Shown here: positions 37,995 through 47,638 of the stretch, piece after piece | How positions within the stretch are numbered: the first letter of the stretch is position 1 | Layout: every line of letters starts with the position of its first letter | Virus record (IMG/VR): IMGVR_UViG_3300010429_000387 | Span: 288,001 to 352,000 of that record | Direction: 5' to 3' (one strand) | Length of the DNA stretch: 64,000 nt | Source of the DNA: a virus | Taxonomy: Duplodnaviria; Caudoviricetes | Made by a program: the position numbers and the translations under genes | Notes under the pieces: model-generated | The model's input: the letters and a program-made list of their open reading frames with translations, nothing else | What the model was told of the DNA's origin: nothing | The model's database searches: none

Positions 37995-38492
37995 TCAACT
38001 GGAAAATCCGAACTTATGGCGTAATGCCTCTCGGACTGCTGGGTGGACGTAGTAGCTTACATCCCCACCGTACTTGGCGATCTCCTTCACGACCGAGGAG
38101 GAGACGAAGGAGTTCTGAGGAGTTGTGACCAGGAAGAAGGTGTCCAGGTCGGGAGCAAGCTGAGCGTTGGCATGAGCGATCCCCAGCTCCATCTCGAAGT
38201 CGGTGACAGCTCGGAGACCCCTAACGATGATCTGAGCCTTCACTTCCCGGCAGAAGTTGACCAGGAGTCCGGTGAAGATTCGGACCTCGACCTTGTCCTG
38301 AAGAGGGGCCTGGAGGCTCTTGAAGACCTCCTTCATGAGGGACTCTCGCTCCCCAGGAAGGAACAGGCCCTTCTTGGCCGAGTTAGTCCCGATCCCCACG
38401 ATGACCTTGTCGAAGACCCTGGCGGCCCTCTCGATGAGGTCTTGGTGCCCGTGGGTGATAGGATCGAAGCTGCCAGCGTAGACTGCGATCAT
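37995..38492 (-). CDS. coaD: Phosphopantetheine adenylyltransferase
   Basis: YAGSFDPITHGH, RGLRAVTDFEME, FVSSSVVKEIA. Confidence 0.95.
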   Translation of the reverse strand: MIAVYAGSFDPITHGHQDLIERAARVFDKVIVGIGTNSAKKGLFLPGERESLMKEVFKSLQAPLQDKVEVRIFTGLLVNFCREVKAQIIVRGLRAVTDFEMELGIAHANAQLAPDLDTFFLVTTPQNSFVSSSVVKEIAKYGGDVSYYVHPAVREALRHKFGFSS

Positions 38493-38764
38493 AGGGTCCC
38501 TTCCTTTCGATACACCTCAAGGCACTTCGGGCAACAGTGGGAGAGGTGGTGCTCGGTGATCTTGACATTCACGTCCCACCCACCAAACTTATGGGGATCA
38601 ACATGCCCGCAAAGGCTTGGAGTATCCACGCCCCCTGAGAGATGGAGCTTGGAAGTCACCCTCCGGATGTGCCACCTGGAGTTCCCTCCGGCGGTAGTGG
38701 CTTCACAGAATGCAAACCTGGGTACCTCGCCTGGGGCGTAGGTTCCTGATTGAACATAGCCCAT
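38489..38764 (-). CDS. Small Zn-binding hypothetical protein
   Basis: WH...LCG...CPKC. Confidence 0.6.
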   Translation of the reverse strand: MGYVQSGTYAPGEVPRFAFCEATTAGGNSRWHIRRVTSKLHLSGGVDTPSLCGHVDPHKFGGWDVNVKITEHHLSHCCPKCLEVYRKEGTL

Positions 38765-38766
38765 GG

Positions 38767-38964
38767 TCAGTTCATCCGAGCTTTTGCTTCGTTGGTCATG
38801 GTCTCGATGTCGTGTTCCAGGGCCTCAACGAGGTCCTTGGTGGGGGCTTTCCCGTCAAGACTGACCAGAAGTCCGTGCTGGGGGTGGATTCTCACGTCGA
38901 TTCGGTAGGGGGCGACCTTCCAGACTTGAGAAATGCGTCTGATAACGGCGGTTTCCGTGTTCAT
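38767..38964 (-). CDS. Hypothetical protein
   Basis: AAGGAG RBS; class B promoter upstream. Confidence 0.55.
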   Translation of the reverse strand: MNTETAVIRRISQVWKVAPYRIDVRIHPQHGLLVSLDGKAPTKDLVEALEHDIETMTNEAKARMN

Positions 38965-39028
38965 GCTACTGCTCCTTGGGACCGCTGGGGTCCTACCCGT
39001 ACAACGTTTCATGGCTGGCCCCTTTCAA

Positions 39029-39259
39029 CTAAGAGCAGGTGCAATCGTTACGAGGCCCAGGCCCGTAGCCATTTGACTGGCAGCAGGCCCGCTTCAACTC
39101 GTAGCAGGTCTTCATGCACACCTTGTCCCCATGACACCTGGTCCTACACCCGGAACAGGATCGGTAGCACCCCTGACGGTCCCCCCGGCAGTAGGCCGGG
39201 CTTGGGGGGTAGCCTAGAACAAGGGCGGAGACGAAGATGAGACATAACCAGGATCGCAT
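39029..39259 (-). CDS. Secreted Cys-rich small protein
   Basis: Hydrophobic N-terminus followed by 11 Cys. Confidence 0.55.
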   Translation of the reverse strand: MRSWLCLIFVSALVLGYPPSPAYCRGDRQGCYRSCSGCRTRCHGDKVCMKTCYELKRACCQSNGYGPGPRNDCTCS

Positions 39260-39546
39260 GTTTTCCTTGCCTTCACCTGGATCGACATGACGCAGAGGTC
39301 GGAGGGCAGCCCCCACTGACCTGGATTCGTCATGTAGGTCACGGTTGCAACGATCATACGATCTCTATAACACCGAGAATCCTGGTCCCACTCGTAGAGG
39401 ACCAGGTTGTCCCCTACAGAGAAATCTCTGTCAGCCTTGCGGATCTCGTAGCACTTCAGCCCATCCCAGATGGCTTGGAAGGCTTGCGGCCAGGTTTTCA
39501 GTTCGTGTACCACTGAAACTGTTACCCCGAATCCTTGTGCTTCCAC
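39214..39546 (-). CDS. DUF3850 / ASCH-like protein
   Basis: HELKTWP..F.AI..G.K.YEIR..DRDF.VGD.L.L.EW. Confidence 0.8.
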   Translation of the reverse strand: MEAQGFGVTVSVVHELKTWPQAFQAIWDGLKCYEIRKADRDFSVGDNLVLYEWDQDSRCYRDRMIVATVTYMTNPGQWGLPSDLCVMSIQVKARKTCDPGYVSSSSPPLF

Positions 39547-39917
39547 TTCTGACCGGGGATGGGGCGCTTCTGGGGCGGCTTTGGCGGATCGACCACGGGA
39601 ATCGGGGGTACCGGAACTGGTAGCTTAGGCAGCTTCTTCGGCTTCGGGGGCTTCTTCGGCTTGGGCGGGGGCTCGGGGGCAGGAAGGGTCTCCTTGCCCG
39701 GATGCTCGGGCCTGTGGGGCCTTCCCTTGGGGTTTCGCTGGTAGGGCTGGGGGAGCTTCTGGTACTTCTGGGGGTTGCCTTGGAGGGCCTCTGGGGTCTT
39801 CCAGACGACCTCGCCCGTGTCTCGGTTCTTGACCTTGACCGTCTTGTTGGACGCAAGGAATCGAGCCGCTACCCGGAGCGCCAGGTAGCGGTCAACGACA
39901 TTGGAGACAATGTCCAT
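39522..39917 (-). CDS. Pro/Lys-rich protein with N-terminal RVAARF motif
   Basis: VVDRYLALRVAARFLAS. Confidence 0.7.
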   Translation of the reverse strand: MDIVSNVVDRYLALRVAARFLASNKTVKVKNRDTGEVVWKTPEALQGNPQKYQKLPQPYQRNPKGRPHRPEHPGKETLPAPEPPPKPKKPPKPKKLPKLPVPVPPIPVVDPPKPPQKRPIPGQKWKHKDSG

Positions 39918-40666
39918 CATCCCTCGACCCGACGAATGACCCAGAAGTCGTCCGCCAGGTTGGGGTTGAGCAAGTAGTCGATAGGCATGGTGAAATGCCC
40001 GTTCTTGCCCCAGCTCGGACCCCAGGAGTTCCGGACGATGACCCTCTTGGTCTTCATGCTGTAGCCGACGGCCATGACCGCATGACCACCGAGGAAGGAT
40101 TCGTTCTTCTTGGGGAGGTAGAGCACGCCCGTCCTGGCAACCGTCTCACCCTCGAAGGCGGAGTAGACCGAGAACCCGAAAACGAACGGGAGGCCCTCGG
40201 CAAGGACTCCACAGATGCCCTCGATGGTCCTAGGTACCCGCTCATAGACGAGGGCCTGGTGCTTCTTGGCTTCCGTGTAGCAGTTGGCTGGAGGCTTGGT
40301 CTTGAACTTGTCGATCTTGTAGGGCCACAAGGTCTCAGGGTAGACGCCCTGGGCGACAACGACCTTGATCCCGGTTCGGATCTGGGCGCCAGAGTCGGAC
40401 TGAACGGTCCCCTCCTTGACCCGCTCATCGTAGTACAGCCCGAGCCTGCTGGGGGTGAAGTCTTCAACCCCTTGCCGAAGGAGGTCAAATTCGTAGCTAG
40501 CTCCGATGGCGTTCGCCGTACAAGAGCCAAGATCCCCCTGGTCGTACACGGGAGGACACTTCTTGCGCAAGTCCGCTGTAGGGGGAAGAGCCTTCAGCCT
40601 ACGCTTGATCGTGTATGTGAAGTCCCGGTGGTCAGGTACGTCAGGTCGCCAGCCATAGTTCCGCAT
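39917..40666 (-). CDS. Papain-like C1A cysteine peptidase
   Basis: DQGDLGSCTANA, GGHAV.AVGY, RNSWG. Confidence 0.92.
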   Translation of the reverse strand: MRNYGWRPDVPDHRDFTYTIKRRLKALPPTADLRKKCPPVYDQGDLGSCTANAIGASYEFDLLRQGVEDFTPSRLGLYYDERVKEGTVQSDSGAQIRTGIKVVVAQGVYPETLWPYKIDKFKTKPPANCYTEAKKHQALVYERVPRTIEGICGVLAEGLPFVFGFSVYSAFEGETVARTGVLYLPKKNESFLGGHAVMAVGYSMKTKRVIVRNSWGPSWGKNGHFTMPIDYLLNPNLADDFWVIRRVEG

Positions 40667-40876
40667 ACCTAGAAGGGCGCATCGGTGGATTCACAAAGGG
40701 ACTGAACCGACGAATACCTGAAGCCACTGTACTAGGATCTACTACCAAAGTTATTGATTTGCCGAGCCTTCTTCCTGGTGTAACTTGATCTAAGAGAGCC
40801 GACAACGAAATGACTCAGCCCAACTGGGGATCCCGAAGTAGCTTAGAGTCGAAACCCCTCTCTTCGGAGAGCCAAG

Positions 40877-41236
40877 ATGTATACCAAGACGAAAAAACTC
40901 AGCATTCCTGTCAGTCCCGAGATTGCCTCCTTTTCTGTGTGCCTGGAATCCTACCTTGAGGCAAGGGGGCTAGACCTACTTGAGAGTTGGGAGGGGGTGC
41001 CCATGAAGGAGATTGTTCGCCAGCTTCGGGACAAGGTCCTTCAGCTTGACCTGGACAAGCTGGATCAAGCCAACCCCCATGCCCTGTTCGAGCACGTCAT
41101 CTCGATGGGGTGCTACGTGATGATCCTATCCGAGCTGGTCTACCAGAAGAGTGGTGTGGACCGGAATGAACTCCAGTCGATTCCACCCTCGGTCCTCATG
41201 CTTCCGACTCCAAAGAAGGAACCGATGAAGATGTGA
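40877..41236 (+). CDS. Hypothetical protein
   Basis: GGAGAG RBS. Confidence 0.6.
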   Translation: MYTKTKKLSIPVSPEIASFSVCLESYLEARGLDLLESWEGVPMKEIVRQLRDKVLQLDLDKLDQANPHALFEHVISMGCYVMILSELVYQKSGVDRNELQSIPPSVLMLPTPKKEPMKM

Positions 41237-41266
41237 GAACCTTCTTGTGGGTCAAACCAAGGTAGG

Positions 41267-41923
41267 ATGGCTACGTTGGACTCAATAGCCAGAATATACG
41301 TTCTGGTTGACCCCCTCACGTCTGAGATCAGGTACGTGGGTTGGACAACCAAGCCACTACACAGGCGGCTTCGGCATCACCTAACTGAGGCTAAAAAGAG
41401 CAACAACCACAAGTCAACTTGGGTTCGATCCTTGGTTCGTAGGGGTTACGTGCCTGATATCCGTCTGGTGCAGGAAGTTCCCCTTACAGTGTGGAAAGAA
41501 GCCGAGGTATATTGGATCGCCAAGTTCAAGTCGCTCGGATGTCCTTTGGTCAATGCCACCTCTGGCGGAGAGGGGACCCCTGGACACGTTGTCAGTGACT
41601 CCGTTAGGGAGCAGAATAGCCAACTTCACAAGGGTAAAGTGATTTCAGAGTCCCATCGAGAGGCAATCTCACAATCAGCTAAGAAGAGGTGGGAGCGCTG
41701 GCGTACTGATGGGTCAAGTGCCTCTGAGGAGACCCGAGAAAAAATCAGGGCTGCTAGGACAGGGAAAAAGGCATCTGAGGAAACTAAGAAGGCCATGAGC
41801 CTGTCCGCAAGTGGTCGCTCACTCTCCGATGAACATCGAGAGAAAATCAGACAGTCTTTGCTCGGAAAAGCTAAGACCCCTGAGCATCGGGCAAAGTGTC
41901 TCACTCAATACATGGGTAAGTGA
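41267..41923 (+). CDS. GIY-YIG-like homing endonuclease with NUMOD3 repeats
   Basis: IYVLVDP...RYVGWT...RRL..H; GGEG; SEETREKI repeats. Confidence 0.85.
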   Translation: MATLDSIARIYVLVDPLTSEIRYVGWTTKPLHRRLRHHLTEAKKSNNHKSTWVRSLVRRGYVPDIRLVQEVPLTVWKEAEVYWIAKFKSLGCPLVNATSGGEGTPGHVVSDSVREQNSQLHKGKVISESHREAISQSAKKRWERWRTDGSSASEETREKIRAARTGKKASEETKKAMSLSASGRSLSDEHREKIRQSLLGKAKTPEHRAKCLTQYMGK

Positions 41924-42477
41924 TGGCGATCCTAGGTATAAAAGTCCCACATGAAGTAACAAGGGCATTCACATCCATTGAGGTCCCTGGGGAAAAGATA
42001 CAGTCTGCTGAGTTCCACATTACCCTCATCCACTTCGGCAGCAAGGTGCCGATTGACACGATCACCGAAGCGATTGTGGCGGCTTATGAGGTAGCCTCGA
42101 AGACTGTGCCCTTCTCCTTGTCCGTGAGTGAGGTGAGCTGCTTCCCCAAGGGGGAGGACGGTGTTCCCATCATCACGAGAGTTGAGAGTCCAGAGCTACA
42201 CAAGCTCTGGGGTGACCTCTGTGCGGGGCTCGACAAGGCTGGGGTGGACTACTCGAAGAAATTTCCCGAGTTCTCTCCGCACATTACTCTCTCGTATAGC
42301 ACTGACCCGATTGAACCCTTCCCACTAGGTCCAATGGAGTGGTCTGTCTATGAAATGGTTCTTTGGGGTGGAGATCAGGGAGACGAGAGAATCTCAGTAC
42401 ACTTGCCCTTCTCCCTCCCAGGGAAACAAGCTCTGTTCCGAAACCTTATTCAGGCTATCACTAGATTTCCACCTTGA
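41920..42477 (+). CDS. 2H phosphoesterase (LigT/Acb1-like)
   Basis: Two HxT motifs: FHITL and PHITL. Confidence 0.85.
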   Translation: MMAILGIKVPHEVTRAFTSIEVPGEKIQSAEFHITLIHFGSKVPIDTITEAIVAAYEVASKTVPFSLSVSEVSCFPKGEDGVPIITRVESPELHKLWGDLCAGLDKAGVDYSKKFPEFSPHITLSYSTDPIEPFPLGPMEWSVYEMVLWGGDQGDERISVHLPFSLPGKQALFRNLIQAITRFPP

Positions 42478-42509
42478 CCGTACAGCCAGGGGTAGTAAGA
42501 TAGAGTTAC

Positions 42510-43172
42510 ATGTGCTACCTCTATGTTCTGGTGGACCCGACTTCGGGAGAGATCCGGTATGTAGGTTGGACTGCCAAGGCCCTTTCTACCCGGCTAGCAA
42601 GCCACCTGAGGGATCGATGTAAGTGCCATCGAACTTGGTGGATCAAGAGCCTAGCTCGGGTTGGACTGAAGCCTCAAATCAGGCTGATTCAAGAGGTACC
42701 CGATGGTCTCCAACATGAGGCTGAGTGCTACTGGATCTCGTACTTTCTACAAATAGGGTGTCCTCTCACGAATGGCACTAGGGGTGGGGAGGGTATGTTG
42801 GGGCACTCTCCCTCACCAGAGACTAGGGCCAAACTCAGTGCGGCTGCCAAACGACAATTTGAAGACCCAACTGCCAGGGATGCAGTGAGTAGAGTTCATC
42901 GTGGGAAGCAAATCTCTGAGGAACACCGTGCCATCGTCAGTGCGGCCAGCAAGGCAAAGTGGGAGAGGTGGCGTCAAGAGGGAATGCAGGCATCCCCTGA
43001 AACAAGGTCGAAGATCAGTGCTGCAAGAAAGGGTACCCTGATGTCAGAGGAGTCCCGAAGCAAGATCAGCAGCACGTCTAAGGGGAGGCCAAAGTCTGAG
43101 GAACACCGTGCCAAGATTCGAGAGGGACTCAAACAGGCTTGGGCACGTAAGCGGGAAGAGGGTCCCCCTTGA
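42510..43172 (+). CDS. GIY-YIG-like homing endonuclease with NUMOD3 repeats (paralog of 41267)
   Basis: LYVLVDP...RYVGWT; GGEG; SPETRAKLS repeats. Confidence 0.85.
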   Translation: MCYLYVLVDPTSGEIRYVGWTAKALSTRLASHLRDRCKCHRTWWIKSLARVGLKPQIRLIQEVPDGLQHEAECYWISYFLQIGCPLTNGTRGGEGMLGHSPSPETRAKLSAAAKRQFEDPTARDAVSRVHRGKQISEEHRAIVSAASKAKWERWRQEGMQASPETRSKISAARKGTLMSEESRSKISSTSKGRPKSEEHRAKIREGLKQAWARKREEGPP

Positions 43173-43176
43173 GGCT

Positions 43177-43662
43177 CTACGCCGTACCCTGGTCCAGGCT
43201 CGGGTCAGGTTCCCGGACTTCTCCTGAGGCCACTGGGACGGGTCCAGCTTGCTTCTCGTACTCTGCTAGACGGACCACGGCCACGGCCGGGTCAGCGAGG
43301 CGATAGACGGCTGGGTACCCCTCTCCAAGAAGGACCCCCAGCTCCACCAGCTTCTTGCAGGTGCTCCGGATGCTCGACTGGGAGCAGTCCACGGTACCCT
43401 CAAGTTGCTTGACCGTCCGAGTCTCGGTCGGGTTGTTCAGCATGTCCCGAAGGATTCCCACAGAAGCATGGTAGAAGGTCTTGTGGAGGGTCGGGTCGTA
43501 GCTCGACCTGTCCCGAGGCTTCTGCTTCCGAGGGGGCTCAGCAGGGAACGCTTCCTCTTTCGTGGGCTCCTTGACCCCCTCAGGGAAGTCCGACAGAAGA
43601 ATGTCGGCAATCCTACGAAGACCTACTCCGATGACGTGGCGAAGGGTGGTTTGGATTTGCAT
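43177..43662 (-). CDS. Winged-helix DNA-binding protein
   Basis: TVKQLE..V.CSQSSIRSTCKKLVELGVL. Confidence 0.55.
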   Translation of the reverse strand: MQIQTTLRHVIGVGLRRIADILLSDFPEGVKEPTKEEAFPAEPPRKQKPRDRSSYDPTLHKTFYHASVGILRDMLNNPTETRTVKQLEGTVDCSQSSIRSTCKKLVELGVLLGEGYPAVYRLADPAVAVVRLAEYEKQAGPVPVASGEVREPDPSLDQGTA

Positions 43663-43691
43663 GGCTATCAGAATTACACCACGTAAGGGCG

Positions 43692-44618
43692 TCATTCGTC
43701 ACCTTCCTCTTCGGTGGTGCGTTCCAGGCGTGTTTTCGGTGGCGCCTTGGGGGCTCTTGTAGCCGGAACGATGATCCTCGCCTCTTGTGGAGGGGCATCT
43801 CCCAGGGAAATTCCCTCTTGCCTTGTACTGGCAGCCTGAATCTGAGCTTGCCTCTGCTGGCGTCGGGCCTCAGCCTCAGCAGATGCGTTCGGGTTCCTGC
43901 CCGTGTTCGAGACGCTGGTTCGACCTGAGACCGCTGGGGAGGCAAAGGGCCTCGGGCCAGGGGTGGTGGAGGGGCGTGGGTCCTCCTGAGCCTCTTGAAG
44001 ATCAAAGTTTGCCAGGCGCTCTTGGCGGCGACGCTCGATCTCGGACCCAGAAACCCCAGCGTACCCCTGGTGGGTCCGGCGGTAGGCGTTGATCACCACC
44101 TCATCAGGGACCCGCATGTTGTCGATTCCAGGGGGTCCACTTGTGTACTCGTCCCCACGCCCGGCACCATAGTTGCGGTTGATGGCAGGGATGGGGGCAT
44201 TCGGGTTGAAAGTTGGGTTAGCGATGTCCCACTCTTGACCCCCGGCCGAGATACGGATGATGCCTCCACCAATGATGGGAAAGATCATCGTCATGTCCAA
44301 AGTTCGGGTACCGTAGCTTGCAGCCGCTACCCGGAAGGAACTTCGAGCCACGATGTTGAACCCAGCGGTAGCGCCACGCCTTCCTAGGGAATCGTGAAGC
44401 CTATCAAAGGGTAGGACATATTCGTTCACCCTCATACCCTGAAGAATATCGAGCTGGCGGGTTGGTTGAATCTCTTCAGTCACCCGGCGACTACTATCCA
44501 GGTAGTGAACTGCAAGGTCCCCAGGGCATCCGTCATAGGCCAGGCAGTAGACCACCATGTTTTCCGGAAACTCTTGCGCATTCAGGATGAGTCTTGGGTT
44601 GTCCAAACGGAAAAGCAT
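43692..44618 (-). CDS. Hypothetical protein, RF-type tag (KTRLERTTEEEGDE)
   Basis: ORF with disordered tail; start uncertain. Confidence 0.65.
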   Translation of the reverse strand: MLFRLDNPRLILNAQEFPENMVVYCLAYDGCPGDLAVHYLDSSRRVTEEIQPTRQLDILQGMRVNEYVLPFDRLHDSLGRRGATAGFNIVARSSFRVAAASYGTRTLDMTMIFPIIGGGIIRISAGGQEWDIANPTFNPNAPIPAINRNYGAGRGDEYTSGPPGIDNMRVPDEVVINAYRRTHQGYAGVSGSEIERRRQERLANFDLQEAQEDPRPSTTPGPRPFASPAVSGRTSVSNTGRNPNASAEAEARRQQRQAQIQAASTRQEGISLGDAPPQEARIIVPATRAPKAPPKTRLERTTEEEGDE

Positions 44619-44622
44619 CGCA

Positions 44623-45021
44623 TCAAATCCCTTCAAGGATGGTCTTCTTGAGCCCATCCCTTCGTTCTAGCTCTCGGTCTATGGCTTTGACCGCTCTCTC
44701 CCAGTCCTCGACCCGCATGAGGCGGCACGAGAAGAAAGTGGGGTACCCGTTGACTCCCCTAGGGCCAGCAGCCGAGTAGTATTCCCAGATCACCCCTATC
44801 TTCCCTAGGGTTCTCTCACTGAAGTCTGAGAGTGCCCCCAGGGCAATGGGCATGAAGATCATGGGCAGTAGGTTGAGCTGCCTCACGTTCGCAGACGTTA
44901 GGATCTTCCCATCGCAGTAGGCCAGGACGAAATCCGCTAGAGCTGCATCAGTCAGCCTAGGGATTGCGGGTTCCTGGATGTCACTCCAGGACTCCTCGAC
45001 CTCTTCTTGGGTGGCGGTCAT
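44623..45021 (-). CDS. Conserved phage hypothetical protein
   Basis: EYY..AGPR..NGYP.FFSC. Confidence 0.7.
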   Translation of the reverse strand: MTATQEEVEESWSDIQEPAIPRLTDAALADFVLAYCDGKILTSANVRQLNLLPMIFMPIALGALSDFSERTLGKIGVIWEYYSAAGPRGVNGYPTFFSCRLMRVEDWERAVKAIDRELERRDGLKKTILEGI

Positions 45022-45056
45022 GCTTCTTTCAGACACCGATCTTGAAGGAGGCCACC

Positions 45057-45335
45057 ATGAGAAGGCTCGTTCGACTGTGCAATGCAATCCGTGCCATCTC
45101 TCCCTATGGGGGCCTGAGTTTGACTGGGCTCCCGTCTGAGGATGGATCTGCGGATCTGTGGGACGGTAAGATTACAGTGGGTGGTGTGATTCTCGTTGAG
45201 ACCAAGGGAGAACTGGAGGCTGTACTTGATGAGCTGACTCACAAACTTGAGAAGATGTCCCAAAGAATGCTCGCTAGGCTCACCTCTGTCCCGCCGCCTC
45301 CAGGGGAAGAACCCCCACCTAGCTCTCAACAGTGA
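45057..45335 (+). CDS. Hypothetical protein
   Basis: AAGGAGG RBS. Confidence 0.65.
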   Translation: MRRLVRLCNAIRAISPYGGLSLTGLPSEDGSADLWDGKITVGGVILVETKGELEAVLDELTHKLEKMSQRMLARLTSVPPPPGEEPPPSSQQ

Positions 45336-45336
45336 G

Positions 45337-46086
45337 CTAGAGGCTCCGTAAGATTTCATCAAGGTCCAACTCGCCTTCTTGGGGCTTCCTCGGGGGCTCC
45401 GGCTTGAAGTTCTTTTGCAACACCTCATCCAACTCGGCCAGGGTTGCCCGCTTCTTGGGCACTGGGGGGAGGGGCTTGGGCTTCTCCTCCTCCGAGTCCC
45501 CAAGGATGCGCTCGAACCGAGTCTTGGCCTTGGGCGTGCTGATCTCTCCAATCGGACGGCCCCCACGACCACGCTTCCGACCCCCACCAAGGACGGGTCC
45601 CGAAGCCTGTAGCCTCTTTCTACTGAAAACGTCAGAGAGCTGACTCGGGCGGTAGAGGGTCCCAGAGGAGGAGAACCGGACCTCAGTTATGAGGGCTGCC
45701 CCATAGACTGGACCAAAGTCCCTTGGGTCCCCCCCGCCCAGGATTGCAGGGTACATGTGGGACCAGTTCTCGAAGATTCTGAGCGTGAAGTCACTCGCTA
45801 CACAGAAGAACAGGCTTACTCTATGTGGGGATAGCCTCTCGGTCACCTGATAGAAGTGGTCAGCCTCAAGTGCGACTTCCTCCTCGTCTAGGGCATCCGA
45901 GGCATCCGCCTCACCCCCATAGATAGGGGTCATCTCGGCATCAACCTGTTGGGTTGACCCGAGGATGATAGCTTCCTCCACCTGAAAGAGGTGCCCAAAC
46001 CCAATCACAAGACATTGACGGTTATGCCTTGGGGTCTCTTCGAGTTGGATTTCCCCCCTTTGGGAGAACGTGATGCGGGTGCCCAT
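45337..46086 (-). CDS. Hypothetical protein, RF-tagged (KTRFERILGDSEEE)
   Basis: ORF. Confidence 0.7.
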   Translation of the reverse strand: MGTRITFSQRGEIQLEETPRHNRQCLVIGFGHLFQVEEAIILGSTQQVDAEMTPIYGGEADASDALDEEEVALEADHFYQVTERLSPHRVSLFFCVASDFTLRIFENWSHMYPAILGGGDPRDFGPVYGAALITEVRFSSSGTLYRPSQLSDVFSRKRLQASGPVLGGGRKRGRGGRPIGEISTPKAKTRFERILGDSEEEKPKPLPPVPKKRATLAELDEVLQKNFKPEPPRKPQEGELDLDEILRSL

Positions 46087-46091
46087 GTTGA

Positions 46092-46379
46092 CTAGCTTCC
46101 TGGTGGCTTGAGGGGCTTGTCCTTCTCCCAGGGGAACACAACCGGAGGGGCCTTCTGGACCTTCACCTTGGGGGGCGGAGTGTCCTTGAAGGCCCGGTCG
46201 AGCTGTAGATGGTAGTATTTCTGTTCAGCCCACTGCCTCTGTGACTTCGAGAGGTTGATGATCCGACCATTCTCCAGGTCGGTGAGCATCCCCTTGAACG
46301 CCTTCTCCTCGCTGGAAGACAACCGAGCCTTCACAGCGAGGAGAGACCTCAGGATGGTGAGGTCAGTTGGCTTGCTCAC
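46092..46379 (-). CDS. Hypothetical protein
   Basis: GTGA overlap. Confidence 0.6.
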   Translation of the reverse strand: MSKPTDLTILRSLLAVKARLSSSEEKAFKGMLTDLENGRIINLSKSQRQWAEQKYYHLQLDRAFKDTPPPKVKVQKAPPVVFPWEKDKPLKPPGS

Positions 46380-47596
46380 GAGTCATCACCCTCATCGTCG
46401 TCATCATCATCGTCGTCCTCGTCATCCCAGTCCTCATCATCATCCTCATCCTCGTTCTCGTCTTCGTCAGTCTCGTCCTCGGAGTCAGCAATCTCCTCGG
46501 CCTTGGCGAAGCGGTAGACCTCAGCAAGGGACTGGGGACCCTCGAACGTGACTTCGGTACCCATGAGGCGGTTGTAGACCTCGGCAGCCTTCTCAGCACT
46601 CAGGAGGCCAACGTGAATCTGGCGAGACAGACGGCCAGGTCGCTTCAGGGCTGAGTCGATCTCATCGATCTTGGCGTTCGTGGTACAGACGATCCGGAGG
46701 TTCAGGGTGTGCCCCAGAATGCCGTCCGACACGTTCAGGAGAGCCGAGATGGCCGTCAGAGAGCCTTCTTGGTCTCCCCTGGGTACCAGGGCCTTGTCGG
46801 CATCCTCGATGACCAGGACGATGGGCTTGTCACTCCCAGCAAGGCTCCGGGCTCGGATGAGCATCGGAACCAGCTCGGGACCGGCTAGGTCCTCAACCAT
46901 GTGGCTCGGGACCAGGACGAAGATGGCATCCAGAACTTCGTGGATGAGGCCACGGATGAAGAAGGTCTTCCCCGTCCCAGGGTCACCGTCGATGAGAAGG
47001 AGTCGTCCGATGGGCTCTTCCCGCTGGAGTTCGGCAACAGCAAACTTGAAGTCCTCGATGACCTCCTCGTTGTAGTTGTCCTCCTCCCAGTCTTGCCCAG
47101 CCAGGCCGACCTCAGCGATCTCGATCCCGTTGGCTCCGTCCGCCAGGGAGTAGACCGGTTGACGGACGTTCTCCGGGAGCAGGTACTCACCAAGAGTCTC
47201 ACCGATGGCCTTGTGGTCCACCTCGCTGGTGGTCGAGACCGCAACCGAAATCTTGTTGTCGGTACCCACCCGGACCACAATCGATCCGTTCGCCCAGACC
47301 AGCCACGTCTCGTGAGGCCCCCGACCGAAGATCGGACCACTGGCGAAGGTGGCCGAAGCCCGTACCTTGTCACACAGGGCCTTGAGGAACGCCTCGATGG
47401 CCCCTTCTTCTCCCTGATCTTCCAGGATTCCACGACACGTTCCCGTGTAGACCGTGGCCCCGGTAGAGATGGCGTGGGTGACGAGCATACGGGTGGTAGG
47501 CCCATATTCGTCGAGGTTTCCGCACAGGGCAGGGTTCCACCAGGCGGGTTTTTCGGTTGCTGCTGGCTTTGAAGCTGTCTTCGTAGGTTTTGTCAT
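46376..47596 (-). CDS. AAA+ ATPase with poly-acidic tail
   Basis: GDPGTGKT, VIEDAD, TTN...IDSALKRPGRL. Confidence 0.9.
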   Translation of the reverse strand: MTKPTKTASKPAATEKPAWWNPALCGNLDEYGPTTRMLVTHAISTGATVYTGTCRGILEDQGEEGAIEAFLKALCDKVRASATFASGPIFGRGPHETWLVWANGSIVVRVGTDNKISVAVSTTSEVDHKAIGETLGEYLLPENVRQPVYSLADGANGIEIAEVGLAGQDWEEDNYNEEVIEDFKFAVAELQREEPIGRLLLIDGDPGTGKTFFIRGLIHEVLDAIFVLVPSHMVEDLAGPELVPMLIRARSLAGSDKPIVLVIEDADKALVPRGDQEGSLTAISALLNVSDGILGHTLNLRIVCTTNAKIDEIDSALKRPGRLSRQIHVGLLSAEKAAEVYNRLMGTEVTFEGPQSLAEVYRFAKAEEIADSEDETDEDENEDEDDDEDWDDEDDDDDDDDEGDDS

Positions 47597-47638
47597 GGCG
47601 TTCGCTTGAGATACACCGGCTTGCATTGAGAACGGAGT

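Noticed and set aside
41267-43172. Group I intron around the GIY-YIG genes
   Set aside because: No interrupted host gene evident and intergenic gaps are too short for a ribozyme core
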